Positions 44,592-61,159 of a stretch of 64,000 nucleotides of DNA are shown piece after piece. The notes under the pieces are model-generated. The model was not told the DNA's origin. It saw nothing but the letters and a program-made list of their open reading frames with translations, and did not search any database. Source of the DNA: Eledone cirrhosa (lineage: Eukaryota). Made by a program: the position numbers and the translations under genes. The stretch is taken from contig OZ024740.1 in NCBI GenBank assembly GCA_964016885.1, positions 127,472,001-127,536,000 of the forward strand, in the 5' to 3' direction. Each line of letters opens with the position of its first letter. The first letter of the stretch is position 1.

Positions 44592-46200
44592 TTAGCCAGT
44601 GAGAGGGACAGGTTTTCAGATGTATGTATTCACTAATCTCTGTATTTGTTATAAACATAATATGGTTCCCTTTTTAAATATTAATATATGCCATCTAATA
44701 CAGTAAAATTAAAAATCTTCCAAATGGGAAGAATATGCAACATATAAGATTCGTATCATTCACAATGCACATAAAATAAAATTATTTGCAATGGTTAAAA
44801 ACAATAATATTTAGATATTTAACTTTTTTATATCAATATATATAGAAGGAAGCTTTTGTAACATATCTCGATTAAATACCAATATAATACAAAAATAAAT
44901 CTTATATGATGATATAAGGCTTAAACAGCTTATATAACGTGAAATAATATAATGGCTTCTATTTTATGAAACATCTATATATTTGTATACTAACGCTGAT
45001 ATATCAATCAATATCTGTATTTCATTTTATTTTCATCCGTCGAGCTCTTGGGTATGAAACAGCTTGTGATGTATGAATATGTATATTAGGGAATTTACAT
45101 TGGTGAAAATATTATATACACAATCCGTCAGTTTGCATTACGTAGAACATATGCAAGGATGTTGAATTCAGACTGCGATAATTATCTGTTATTCTGCTTG
45201 TGATATTGCTATATCATGTTGACATGATGTTGTTGATATTTTTTATAGGAACTGACATCGCGGATCTGTGATCAAATGTATTTTAGACATGATGCCCTCA
45301 AACTTCACCTGGATATTAAATATCTAACACAACATTATCCAATAAATGTTTCCCTTTTTATGACGCTAGAGTATACTCGGATAAAACAAAAACCTGGTTA
45401 TTCATTACACCACGAAGAGCGAACAAAGTAGGGCTGTTGCATTGGCTAGAGTACGCGCATTTGTTTGCATGTGGATATATTTACGGCTGCGTGTAAGTGT
45501 ATGTGGTACATAGAGAATAATGGTGGTTACGAAATCCCAAATTTATCTCAATATTTATTCTTCAGGTCGTATGCCTATGTAGGAGAACATTAGGACATAT
45601 AATGTATTTACATATTTTCTAGCCATATTATTCAAGGTATGTTTGGTGTGATAGAGTTATCACATCAATAGCTTGCATTATTTAATTTCTTTATTCTATT
45701 TCCTGCAATTAAATGTCGCATCTGCTGACGTTGTCATTAATTCCAATGAAATCGATAAACACCAGCTTTATATTTTATGCACTAAAGTCGATTATACATC
45801 CCTACTATATGGTCTTGTTAAACTTGCTCTGTTTGTTTTGGGAAACTAGTCAAATGGGGAATTTTAAATAACCTTGTTCATAAATTATCTCCGTCTTACC
45901 TGTCTTCTATGAGTCAAAGTATTAACCACTTACAACATTCCTAATGAAATGATTGAGTCTATAGTATAATGTGCAATGACATTAAAATATCTGCTCAGTA
46001 CAATATTGGAAAGAGGTATGTGGACTCTTATATTTGTGTGTATATATGTACTGAGTATATCCATAAATCGTTAACGTAATGGAAAGTATATTTTTGTTTA
46101 GATATCCAGACATGCACGCACATCGGAGGGTGCATTAAGATTATTGAATAGGATAATTTTAATAGAATACATTCAAGGATACGCACATACACAAGCACAT

Positions 46201-46310
46201 TAATCCCGCCGAGGTTGACTTTGCCTTTCATCCTTACGGGGTCGATAAAATAAAGTACCAGTAATGCACTGGGTAATTGCTGGCCTTGTGCCTAAAGTAG
46301 AAACAATTAT
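46201..46310 (+). mobile_element. 5'-truncated SINE, family 1
   Basis: Core and tail only. Confidence 0.7.
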
Positions 46311-46503
46311 GTAATAAGTAATTAAGTAATATATTTTTTAATAGTATGATTTTTTTGATTACATTAAACAATCAATTTGTTATTCTGTAATATTCTTGTA
46401 TAAGTGAGCACCACCGGAAGTGATAACAAACATATATAAATAAATAAACAAACACACGGACACACACACATATATACGCACCCACACCGACACACACACA
46501 GAC

Positions 46504-46570
<67 letters not shown>

Positions 46571-46572
<2 letters not shown>

Positions 46573-47625
46573 GAGTCCTATCGGTTGCCAGTTGCTAATC
46601 GCTTTACCGTGTCGGTTGTCACAAACAGTCATTGCGCTGAGATACAACCGGTACTGGCATTGATAAATATGATGGGTCCGTCAACCCTTATTATTATTAT
46701 CTCCCAACGAGCGGAATATTGAGAGTAAGTTAAACAATTTTTCACTTTTTATTGTGTTTTTGTTTTGATATGCACTCCTCTTCCTGCTACTAATTTTGTC
46801 TCTCACTCTTTTAAGTTGTGAATTAGACTGGTTATCTACTCACGTGGCTGACACATTTCAGCTCGCTACTATATTGTTATATAATGGATGATAGCATTTA
46901 AAGTTCGTTAAAGGTTCTTGGCACTATCATTGTTACCATCGCTTTCCTCTAGCCATGGGGCTTGGAGACATGAACCGAATGCTACCATTCTATTTTATAT
47001 CAATGTGAACTGCTATTTCTAATAACCATCTTTTCACCCCTTCATAATTTGTGTGTGAGACACGTTGGCTGAGATCTTCTGACAGGAACTAAAAGATTCA
47101 TTCTTTTTAGCTTCACGTTCCCACGTAATATTTGTAAATCAGTGGCTAGTTGAGAGATAGAGTCCTATCGGTTGCCAGTTGTTAATCGCTTTACCGTGTC
47201 GGTTGTCACACCAGTCATGATCGGCATGGGCCGGAGTTTGGATTCTGTCGATCGGTTGGTTATTGATTAGGCGATACCCGCTGATGAAGCCGCATAAGCC
47301 GGTTGTGCATTGTTGCATAATATATGCAGACAGATGTTGCAGTGCACCTTACTGTTGCATTAGTGCGGCAGAAACTCGAGTCCGGGAACCTTATATGCAC
47401 CCGTTTTACGTGTGTTGTGTTGAGGCAAATAACTATGTGTATACTCTGGTAATGTATCTTACATTGCCGATTGAGTGCGCTGAGATACAACCGGTACTGG
47501 CATTGATAAATATGCTGGGTCCGTCAACCCTTATTATTATTATTATCTCCCAACGAACGCAATATTGAGAGTAAGTTAAACAATGTTTAACTTTTTATTA
47601 TGTTTTTGTTTTGATATGCACTCTT
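46571..47625 (+). mobile_element. Non-coding partial-tandem element (repeats start ~46571 and ~47158) carrying an expanded hammerhead
   Basis: tagagtcctatcggttgccag... is duplicated; the second repeat holds an extra 257 nt containing the HHR. Confidence 0.7.
47277..47386 (+). ncRNA. Hammerhead ribozyme with 83-nt branched stem II
   Basis: cccg-CTGATGA-a-gccgca...tgcggc-a-GAAA-ctcgag-TC-cggg; palindromic stem III ACTCGAGT; inner helices gtgcattg/cagtgcac and tgcata/tatgca. Confidence 0.88.
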
Positions 47626-47982
47626 ATTATTATTATTATTATATTACGAGGTCGATAAAATAAAGTACCAGTAATGCACTTGGTATTTGCTCTCCTTGTG
47701 CCTAAAGTTGAGACAATTATTATATATATATATTTATATATAGGAACGAGTAGGAGCCCGACGGTTGAGCTCAAGCCGTTTCGACGGCTAATGGTCCATC
47801 TGGTTCCTTACCACATTTCCTTCGTTATATATATATATATATATATACATATATATACATTCCACCACTTACATTATCTTTATTTTTGTAACATTTAATG
47901 ACACAGTTTGTGTTGCTGACGCCTTCCAGAAACAGTATTGTTACACTTTCCACTACATGAATCAAGAAAATACGGTTAACGC

Positions 47983-48156
<174 letters not shown>

Positions 48157-48163
48157 TGTGTGA

Positions 48164-48198
<35 letters not shown>

Positions 48199-48784
48199 AA
48201 GGTAAATAAGGTTTTGTTTATCTACACTCTCGACCATATATTGCAAACGTCAAAACATTCATCTATAACAGTGGTCAAAGAATAATTGTTCCACATCACA
48301 GCACTCATATTGATAATGTGAAAGTATTTACCTCCACACCCTCTCCTTTTAACTACTCTCTCTACTATCACACTAACTTACTGTAATTATTCTATGTTTA
48401 TTGTCATAAGTGTTGCATATGATTGAACAATATCTATTGTATTCAGCATATGTAGACAATTGTAATAGACACAGAAACATATGTTAAAGCAAATATATTC
48501 CAAATCTCCTTTCTCGCCGATCATTATATTTTTCTTGGTGCAGTACTTGTTTATATTATATTATATTATATATATATATATATATTTATTAAAATAACAG
48601 ATTAAACTTTAAGAAAAGAATCGCTGCTTTCACTCTTAACGGTTATTTGATATATATTTATCCTTATCAAGCCCTCTTTGGATTTTAGTCTTCAAATTTA
48701 TTATTATTACTATATATATATATATTTCGTTTCTGAATTTGTTTAGCAAGATTCTTTATCTGAAAACGTGTGTTGAAACCGATA

Positions 48785-50115
48785 TTATTATACTTTGGGA
48801 GGGTCATATTGCCAATAAGAAACACACGCACCAGTTGCTTTCACTTCAATTTATTATAATAAATTTATAAATTTAGGAATTTATAAATTTCCGGTTGGTT
48901 GGTTGGTTCCACAACCAGATGGTTGTTTATATATTGTCAGAGTTCTTTCGTCACACATTCTGTGACCTCTTCAGTGACTGGGAATACTTTTCTTTGTTTT
49001 TGTGCCTCTCCTTTGTTCTGTCCTACGCCATCTTGTTTCTGTGTGTGTGTTGTGTACTCAGTCTGCGCATGCGCCACATCCGGGTGTCTGTGTGTGTTTA
49101 TATTCGTTTATTTATTTGTTTGTTTACAGGTTACAGGTTGGTTGTTTGTTGTATGTGCGTGTGTGTTTTCATTTTGTCCTTAATTTTAAGTTGTGATGTT
49201 GCTGTTCCACTCATGTTTTCTATTTAATTTTGGTTGTAATTCTTTTATGTTTATTGCCTCTGTGATTTGTCTAAACATTGCATCTTTTCTGTGTGTAGAT
49301 TCTATTTTTATTTCTATGTTCTCTAATTTACCCTTATCTTCTATTTTAGCATGTTGGTAGAGTACAGATGATTCTTTACTATCTTGAAGGTCTCGCCAGT
49401 GTTCATGTATCCGTTCCCCTACACTACGAGCTGTCTCACCTATGTACACTATATTTTTGTCTCTACATTGTCCTTCAGTACATCTTATGCTATATACTAC
49501 ATTTCTAGTTTTACAGTTAATATGGGGGCTTAATTTACAGGTTATACATTTCTTGTCTATACAGGGGGTCTTTGAAAAGAGTATGTCTTGCTAATAAGTT
49601 TTTTTACGGAGCTACCTGGTCTTTCTACTATCTTAATATTGAGTTTATGTTTATCTAGGGCCCTTCTAAAATTGTAAGCTAATTCACCTCTAGGGGTTGT
49701 ATCGATGAACATTACACTCTGATATTTATTGCTATCTTACCATGAGTTTATTCTATTAGCCTTATTCCTAGTTCTTTCTATTCTATTCCAAAATTTGCTC
49801 CTATACAAGAGGCAGGTCCCATTTGTGTCATTATTTCCCATTTTTTCCCATTTGGTTCTGGCTCCTCTATACACTCTGATTTTATCTCTCTGATTGGAAC
49901 CAGAGAACTGCATACGGTGGATGAAGTGTTGTATGTGTCTCTCTAGTTCTGCGGGGTTGCACATGCGGGACACGTTTCTCATCACCCGTACCAAATCCGC
50001 AATCAGTATGTTGATTTTGGTATGGTCCGAAACAGCTGAGTTTCGGTGGATCAGATATTTGGAAGTCATGGTTTTGGCATAATGGGAATGGAGGATTTGT
50101 TTTTTGTTATTAATA
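48785..50115 (-). mobile_element. Nematis-like PLE 3' half (RT thumb + GIY-YIG), left arm of an inverted pair; HHR at 48936-48978
   Basis: ORFs 49737..50069 and 49186..49449 (YIGETARSVGERIHEHW...RQITEAINI...LNRKHEW); gtca-CTGAAGA-g gtcaca/tgtgac-GAAA-gaac-TC-tgac. Confidence 0.85.
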
Positions 50116-50126
50116 ACATACCAAAA

Positions 50127-51360
50127 TAAAAATACTGATTGCGGATTTGGTACGGGTGATGAGAAACGTGTCCCGCATGTGCAACCCCGAAGAACTAGAG
50201 AGACACATACAACACTTCATCCACCGTATGCAGTTCTCTGGTTCCAATCAGAGAGATAAAATCAGAGTGTATAGAGGAGCCAGAACCAAATGGGAAAAAA
50301 TGGTAAATAATGACACAAATGGCCCCTGCCTCTTGTATAGGAGCAAATTTTGGAATAGAATAGAAAGAACTAGGAATAAGGCTAATAGAATAAACTGATG
50401 GTATGATAGCAATAAATACCAGAGTGTAATGTTCATCGATACAACCCCTAGAGGTGAATTAGCTTACAAATTTAGAAGGGCCCTAGATAAACATAAACTC
50501 AATATTAAGATATTAGAAATACCAGGTAGCTCCGTAAAAACACTTATTAGCAAGACATACCCTTTTCAAAGACCCCCTGTATAGATAAGAAATGTATAAC
50601 CTGTAAATTAAGCCCCCATATTAACTGTAAAACTAGAAATGTAGTATATAGCATAAGATGTACTGAAGGACAATGTAGAGACAAAAATATAGTGTACATA
50701 GGTGAGACAGCTCGTAGTATAGGGGAACGGATAAATTAACACTGGCGAGACCTTCAAGATAGTAAAGAATCATCTGTACTCTACCAACATGCTAAAATAG
50801 AACATAAGGGTAAATTAGAGAACATAGAAATAAAAATAGAATCTACACACAGAAAAGATGCAATGTTTAGACAAATCACAGAGGCAATAAACATAAAAGA
50901 ATTACAACCAAAATATAAATAGAAAACATGAGTGGAACAGCAACATCACAACTTACAATTAAGGACAAAATGAAAACAGACACGCACATACAACAAACAA
51001 CCAAACTGTAACCTGTAAATAAACAAATAAATAAACGAATATAAACACACACAGACACCCGGATGTGCCGCATGTGCAGACTGAGCACACAACACACACA
51101 CAGAAACAAGATGGCGTAGGACAGAACAAAGGAGAGGCACAAAAACAAAGAAAAGAATCCCCCAGCCACTGAAGATGTCACAGAATGTGTAACGAAAGAA
51201 CTTTGACAATATATAAACAACCATCTGGTTGTGGAACCAACCAACCAACCGGAAATTTATAAATTCCTAAATTTATAAATTTATTATAATAAATTGAAGT
51301 GAAAGCAGCTGGAGTGTGTGTTTCTTATTGGCAACATGACCATCCCAAAGTATAACAATA
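50127..51360 (+). mobile_element. Nematis-like PLE 3' half, right arm; decayed HHR at 51165-51207
   Basis: Reverse complement of ~48785-50010; C..KKCITC...NCKTRNVVYSIRC...YIGET. Confidence 0.85.
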
Positions 51361-51366
51361 TATATA

Positions 51367-51491
<125 letters not shown>

Positions 51492-51512
51492 CATATATGT
51501 ATATATATATAT

Positions 51513-52187
51513 GGAAAAGAATGAAACGAAATTTCATTTCTCACTCTTAGTACGGCTGATACTTAAATATATGTATGTATACGTACATACATAAATGTAT
51601 ACAGACATACAGTAGTATGTATATGTATACATACATGCACACATATATTTATATGTACGTTTAGGTTTACCGAACATTTATTATAATGTTCGGTTTGTTT
51701 GTAAACAAACAGCCCGAATGAAGCCATACAGTGTTCGGCAACCGTCGTTGCACTTTTGTTCAACACTGACAAAGGAACGATGTACTAGTTTCAAGCTTAT
51801 TAGCGATCGTCCGCATCGTATACCTTCCTGTCAGATGATTGAACGTTTGAAAGTATATACTTTCCTTAAGCATATTAACGGCTGAGCAGCCTAATTTGCA
51901 TATCGAGTGCGTTAGTCGGCCGGGCGTACCGAAAACGATAAATGGAAAAGAATGAAACGAAATTTCATTTCTCACGCTTAGTACGGCTGATACTTAAATA
52001 TAAGTATGTATACGTACATACATATATGCATACAGACGTACAGTAGTATGTATATATATATACATACATACACGCATATATATATATGTACGTATGGGTT
52101 TACCGAACATTTATTATAATGTTCGGTTTGTTTGTAAACAAACAGCCCGAATTAAGCGGCACTGTTCAGAAACCATCGTTGCACTTT
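51513..52187 (-). mobile_element. Family A HHR repeat, ~1.5 units (431-nt monomer); HHR at 51777-51819
   Basis: Unit start repeated at 51513 and 51944; acgatg-CGGACGA-..-GAAA-ctag-TA-catcgt. Confidence 0.8.
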
Positions 52188-53264
52188 TAAAATAAGGTTA
52201 CGTTCGCAAGGGATTCCAAACAGAATCCACAAGGGAAAGTTCTTGAATCGCCTGCCCGTTCCCTGTGGTCAACAATTCACCTCCTCAAGTCTGCGCAGGC
52301 GCAAACGGAAGCTGACTATCCACTACACCAAACTCACCAAAAACTAGCCATGGCAAACCTTCCCAGCCCTCCAACAAAACGGTCACCCTATCCAGGCTGG
52401 TAATATGACACTGTTAATGTATACTGCGATTTGCTTTGTCAGTGGCAACTGACCGAAATGTAGTGGTGGTGGTAGAGTATGAGTTTCAATAGGCCTTAAT
52501 AGTACCACTAATCTATGTCTGGACAATGGGGTTGACCACCCCCGCTATGAGAATATAACCTTATTTCTAGATATTATGGTTTCACAGTTCAAATAAAGAT
52601 TGAAAATTTGAAATTAAACGTTAAAAATGTGATTGATGTGAATAAAAACATATATATATATAAAGACTAAATAGGGAGATGTTTAAATCAAAGTAAGAAG
52701 TTTAGAAAAGGGGTTCAATATTGGATCCTACAGATATATCATCAATTTATTGAACGATAGTACCGTATAGTAGAACAGAAGATAAATTAAGGTATGAAAC
52801 GTAGTAATTAGTTAAACAATTAGTTAATATGTTCATCTACCACATGAATCGAAACAAACCTTAACCAAAAGAAAACGTACATAGATGTAAAATGAGAGAG
52901 GAAACATATATGAGAAAGTATATATATGAGAAATGTAAACATGTATATCGGAATGGAGATGAAGGTAGAAGTGGTGGAAATGTTTGTCAATTTGACCATG
53001 TAAAGTGTATATACAAATTCGTTGTCAGATGGAATGAGGGGGCCTCCGTCCGGGGCCTCCGTCCGGGGCCTCCGTGCAAAATGCAAAATTGCAGCAGGAA
53101 AATAAGGGGGTTTACGTTGCTTTCAGGTCCGCTTATTTCACTGATCGAAAGCTTGTTTACAATTTTAAGTTCATCCAGTAGTAGGGATATCCATGGTAGA
53201 GGGAAATTTCGGGTGTAGCTGATGGTTGTTGCCGTCACTTATATATATATATATATGTTTCGTA

Positions 53265-53338
53265 TTTCGCAACTGACCAACTCAAGGTTCGATCTGTATC
53301 CATTTAGCCCGACTTCTAATCCACGGCTCTTCAGACCC
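53265..53338 (-). ncRNA. Partial hammerhead with 59-nt stem II; its 3' part is cut by (TA)n
   Basis: gggt-CTGAAGA-gc...gc-GAAA. A homologous 3' half at ~26160-26208 ends gc-GAAA-ggcgcg-TC-acc. Confidence 0.5.
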
Positions 53339-53466
53339 CTTACAATGGTAATGAAAAAATGATTATAATACACTCTGTATAGCTCTACACCTCGACACAG
53401 AAGTGAACCTAAACATCGAGTGCTAACCCGGATGAAACTACAGTAACTCCAAGTTACACTTCCTGG

Positions 53467-53539
<73 letters not shown>

Positions 53540-54204
53540 CGTGCATGATATATGTATGTGCATATATGTTTTCTTTTTGCCCTTGCTCTCGAGGCCAGGG
53601 TCATTCAAATCAAACAATCCCAAACCATTGTCGTGTTAAGTTACAAACTCAATATATGTACGTGTGTATAAGCATTTTGTGTGACTGTGTTCTGCCTGTG
53701 TTTCGTTGCGATCTATTTAACGTATGAAATTGTAACGATTAATCTTGTTAATCTGTTTAACCACAATATCTTAATTCGGAGAAGAGGAAACTGCATGTTG
53801 AAACAAAAATATATCTTTACAATGATGCAAAAGACACTGTTCTCTTTCTCACCAAAAACAACGAACTATTTAACTTTCTTGTTGTTTCCAAACTTATTAG
53901 GTACGATTAGAATTTACATTCCTCATTAAAGTAGATTAAGCATGACCTGATTTACACATCATTGTATCGTTTTATCATGTATTTAATGAATTAATTATAT
54001 CGATTGAAACAAAATTTAGCCATTTTAAATATATTTCCGCATCTGCCATCCCTAATTCCTATGCTTCCCAACAATAGATTCACTCTGGGTTAATATTGAC
54101 AGTACTTGGAACTCCTTTTGATATATTGCTGGATATGTATTTTTCGTAAGGTGCAGACAAGAATTGCTTACAATATTATATACAAACGTGTATATATAAT
54201 GTAT

Positions 54205-54258
<54 letters not shown>

Positions 54259-54301
54259 ATATATATATATATAGTAATATATATATATATGTATATATAT
54301 A

Positions 54302-55747
<1,446 letters not shown>

Positions 55748-55764
55748 TAGTTTTAATATAGATG

Positions 55765-55815
55765 AGATTCTGCAGGACTAGAACTGTTTCATTCTTTAGA
55801 AACCATCAGGAATCT
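55765..55815 (-). ncRNA. Decayed type I hammerhead
   Basis: agattc-CTGATGG-t-ttct aa agaa-t-GAAA-cag..ctg-CA-gaatct; two core substitutions, all three stems present. Confidence 0.55.
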
Positions 55816-56325
55816 GGGTATCAAAAAATAAGTATGGTATTTATAGGTCTCTACAAGTGGTAGGAGAGGGTGGGCAGTGGGATGGGTGTAGGTCATTGGT
55901 TGATAGAAAAGGGAATTCATTAAAAGCTAATTCTACAAAGCTATAGTTTATTTTTATTTATTTTTGTTTTTAGAGTAACAAAGGCAGACAGAATTCTATA
56001 AACAGGTTCAGGATGGCATGCTACTCCTTATTATTAAGTTTCTCTTAAGCTAACAGGTGTCTATAAGATCAGTGGAGGGTCAGTCATGGTAGATAGATTT
56101 AAAGGAAAGGGAGATTCTTTAAAAGCTAAATTCATTAAGGTTCTACTAAGTGACAAAGGTTTAGAGAATTCTGTAGACAAATTCAAAATATTGAGTGCAA
56201 ATCTTACAATTATCTTCAAATTTCTCTTAAACTATTCAACTATATGCCAAAAATCAACAGACACATTCACAAAACACACTCACTCACACACTCGCGCGCA
56301 CCCATAAACACACATACACATACAC

Positions 56326-56356
<31 letters not shown>

Positions 56357-56366
56357 TATATAAATA

Positions 56367-56422
<56 letters not shown>

Positions 56423-56519
56423 CATACATATACATACACACACATACATACACACATATATATATATGCATATATATATATATAAATATATATACATACA
56501 TACATATACATACACACAC

Positions 56520-56558
<39 letters not shown>

Positions 56559-56710
56559 TATACACATATATAAGGAAAAATTGAACGGGAACAAAACAGA
56601 GGGGCAGAACAAACAAAAGTTTATTAATTTCACGCTCTTGAGAGTGGGGTCACACATACACACACATATAATATACATATATATATGTGGGGTCACACAT
56701 ACACACACAC

Positions 56711-56758
<48 letters not shown>

Positions 56759-57299
56759 GTTTCCCCTTGCTGTGGTTTCTCTTTTTCTATCACCTTACTG
56801 CTAATCTCTTTCTCTCTCCCCCTTCTCTCTCCTTGTACCTCTTGCTTTCATTCCCCCATTTTCTGGTCACACTTTCTCGGCTGGCCTCATGCTCACACTT
56901 TCTCACACTGCTGCTTCTCCTCTCTCACTTTCTCCCGTCTGACCTGTGTGAAATCATTTTCTCGCTCACATTTCGCAAGGTTCGGATGCGTCTGCCGTCT
57001 TCTCGTCGTTGATTTGTTCGGACTTAAGTTCACATGTATCATTGACTTGTCTCTCATTTCCTCTCTTTACGTTGCATTACTATTTTGTTTGTTTACTGTC
57101 CCTCTTCCTTCACCCAGTTCGCTCTGTCCTAATAACTTATTTTAGTTATTGCCCGCACTGATTTTGTGGTATCTGGTCTTTAACGCGAAGAAATACCGAT
57201 GATAGTCAGAAGATCACTGATGATTGAGAGTCCCGTTTCTCGTTTTATTTTTCATTCATATGTATCACACTCGCAACAACGCAGCACGCCATTTTTTTC

Positions 57300-57344
<45 letters not shown>

Positions 57345-58086
57345 TATTTATGTTTGTGTGTGTGTGGGTGTACACATATAGATATTAAGCGAACATCCCA
57401 ATAGGGGCAGGATTTAAGCTAGACCGAGTAAAATAAATCGGTTTTACTCACACAGTTCCACAGCCATATTTTCTGAAATCTATAAACAACATTAATTATA
57501 ACACATATTGGAAAAATTACGAATCCGTCGTTAGGGGAGATTATATGGAATAAGTGGAGAAGGTGAATACACATCATATTTACTACGTCGTTGTCGAACA
57601 GCATGGTGTCCAACGTGTTCTGTCACTGAAACCCTATATGAATATACCTCTCTAAATGTATTAGGACAAACGACAGGCATACACTGACGCTGGAAATAGC
57701 AGCCAATACATCTAATAATAGTGGTTCAGTAAATATTAATCCATAAATGTAACTGTCTCAAATAATTAGACATCTCATTTAAAGGATTATATATATTAAT
57801 AAATGAACTACTACTCAGAGTCATACTTGGTTATTCTAATATCTTGGAATAATCATTGATGTTTCTTAAATTCCAGAAACAATGGTTGCAGATCTGTAAC
57901 AGTAACACGAACTTCTTTTCGTCGGTCAAGCTTATATCCAATTAACAGGTGTTTTGCCTTTTGGTTACTATTTTTAATTACTTCTCTAAGTAGATAATAT
58001 ATCAATATATATTATCCTTTCATTGAGATGTTTAAGTATTAGAGAGAGTTAACTCTAAAGATATATACATACATAGGTATATATAT

Positions 58087-58123
<37 letters not shown>

Positions 58124-58406
58124 AAAAAGATGAAATCGAAAATGCAGATGTGAGAAAAACCACAGACCCTCCATCTCAACTCTACTTTTGAAAAGCAGAA
58201 GAACTGCGAAACCGGTAAAGGAACCAAATAAATATATATATGTTTTTTTTAAAATAAGACTCCAGTTGCATTTTCTATTACATCTTTTTTTCTTTATACT
58301 TTCATTCGTGTCGGACACCTCGGTTATTTTTCATTTTGTAAAGAAACCTCACTTTCTAATAATATATATATACATATATATAAGTATGCATGTATGTGTG
58401 TATGTA

Positions 58407-58550
<144 letters not shown>

Positions 58551-59324
58551 TGTGTGTGAGTGTATCACTAAATCTTTCTCACTCAATTTTCTCTCTCATT
58601 TTATATGTATTTTTAAGAGAAAGTAATTGTAATATCGTTAAAATAATTCAGGATGTGGCAGTTTGATAGTTTATAGTTAAAATATATTTATATAATTCAT
58701 AGTTAAACCAACCATATTAAAACGTTCTACCAAGATCTATTAAATATCAGGATACAATGTAGGCGGAGTAAGATAGTATAATTGAGATATACATGAAAGT
58801 AAATCGACTTATTTTTGTCATTAACGAGAATTCCACAGTTAATTGGTATGGAACGGAGAAATAATGTTGAAGTGTGTTTTAGAAATATGTCGAATTTGTT
58901 ATGTAAGTTTAAATGTAGGGGGTTCATAACAAATAAAACAAAAATATATACGAATTTAGAATGATGCTAAATTTTAAAAATATTAAGATATTTTGAACGA
59001 ATAGACATAAGATAAAAGTTAATGTTGGGTGGTTATTTCGTGATTTTATAAGTGATATAGTGCTACATAAATTTAGAATAACATTAGACCTAGAAGCTCC
59101 CGCATTTTGAGACGCATATTTGCTCCATGACCACGATCAGTTGCCTTTATTAATACATCATTGTAAATTTTGACAGCTTTCAGGTCTCTGTCAATTGTCT
59201 GCCGCCACTTCATCTTGAGAGGCCCACTGATATAGCATTCTATCAATTTACACAGCAGTCGGCTAAAAGTGAGACCCTCACGGGAAAAAAAGACTCGAAT
59301 AACACTTTGAGCCAAGAGCTGTAC

Positions 59325-59378
<54 letters not shown>

Positions 59379-59518
59379 ATATATATATATACCCTATCTA
59401 TCTATATATTTATCTATCAATCTATCCATATATTGTTATCTATCTATAAATATTTATTTATTTATCTATGTAGTTTTCACCTTCTCTCTCTCTTTCCCTC
59501 TACAGCCATATATCTCTG

Positions 59519-61157
<1,639 letters not shown>

Positions 61158-61159
61158 GT

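Noticed and set aside
53040-53075. GC-rich (ggggcctccgtcc)x3 repeat
   Set aside because: Short local tandem duplication with no other supporting structure.
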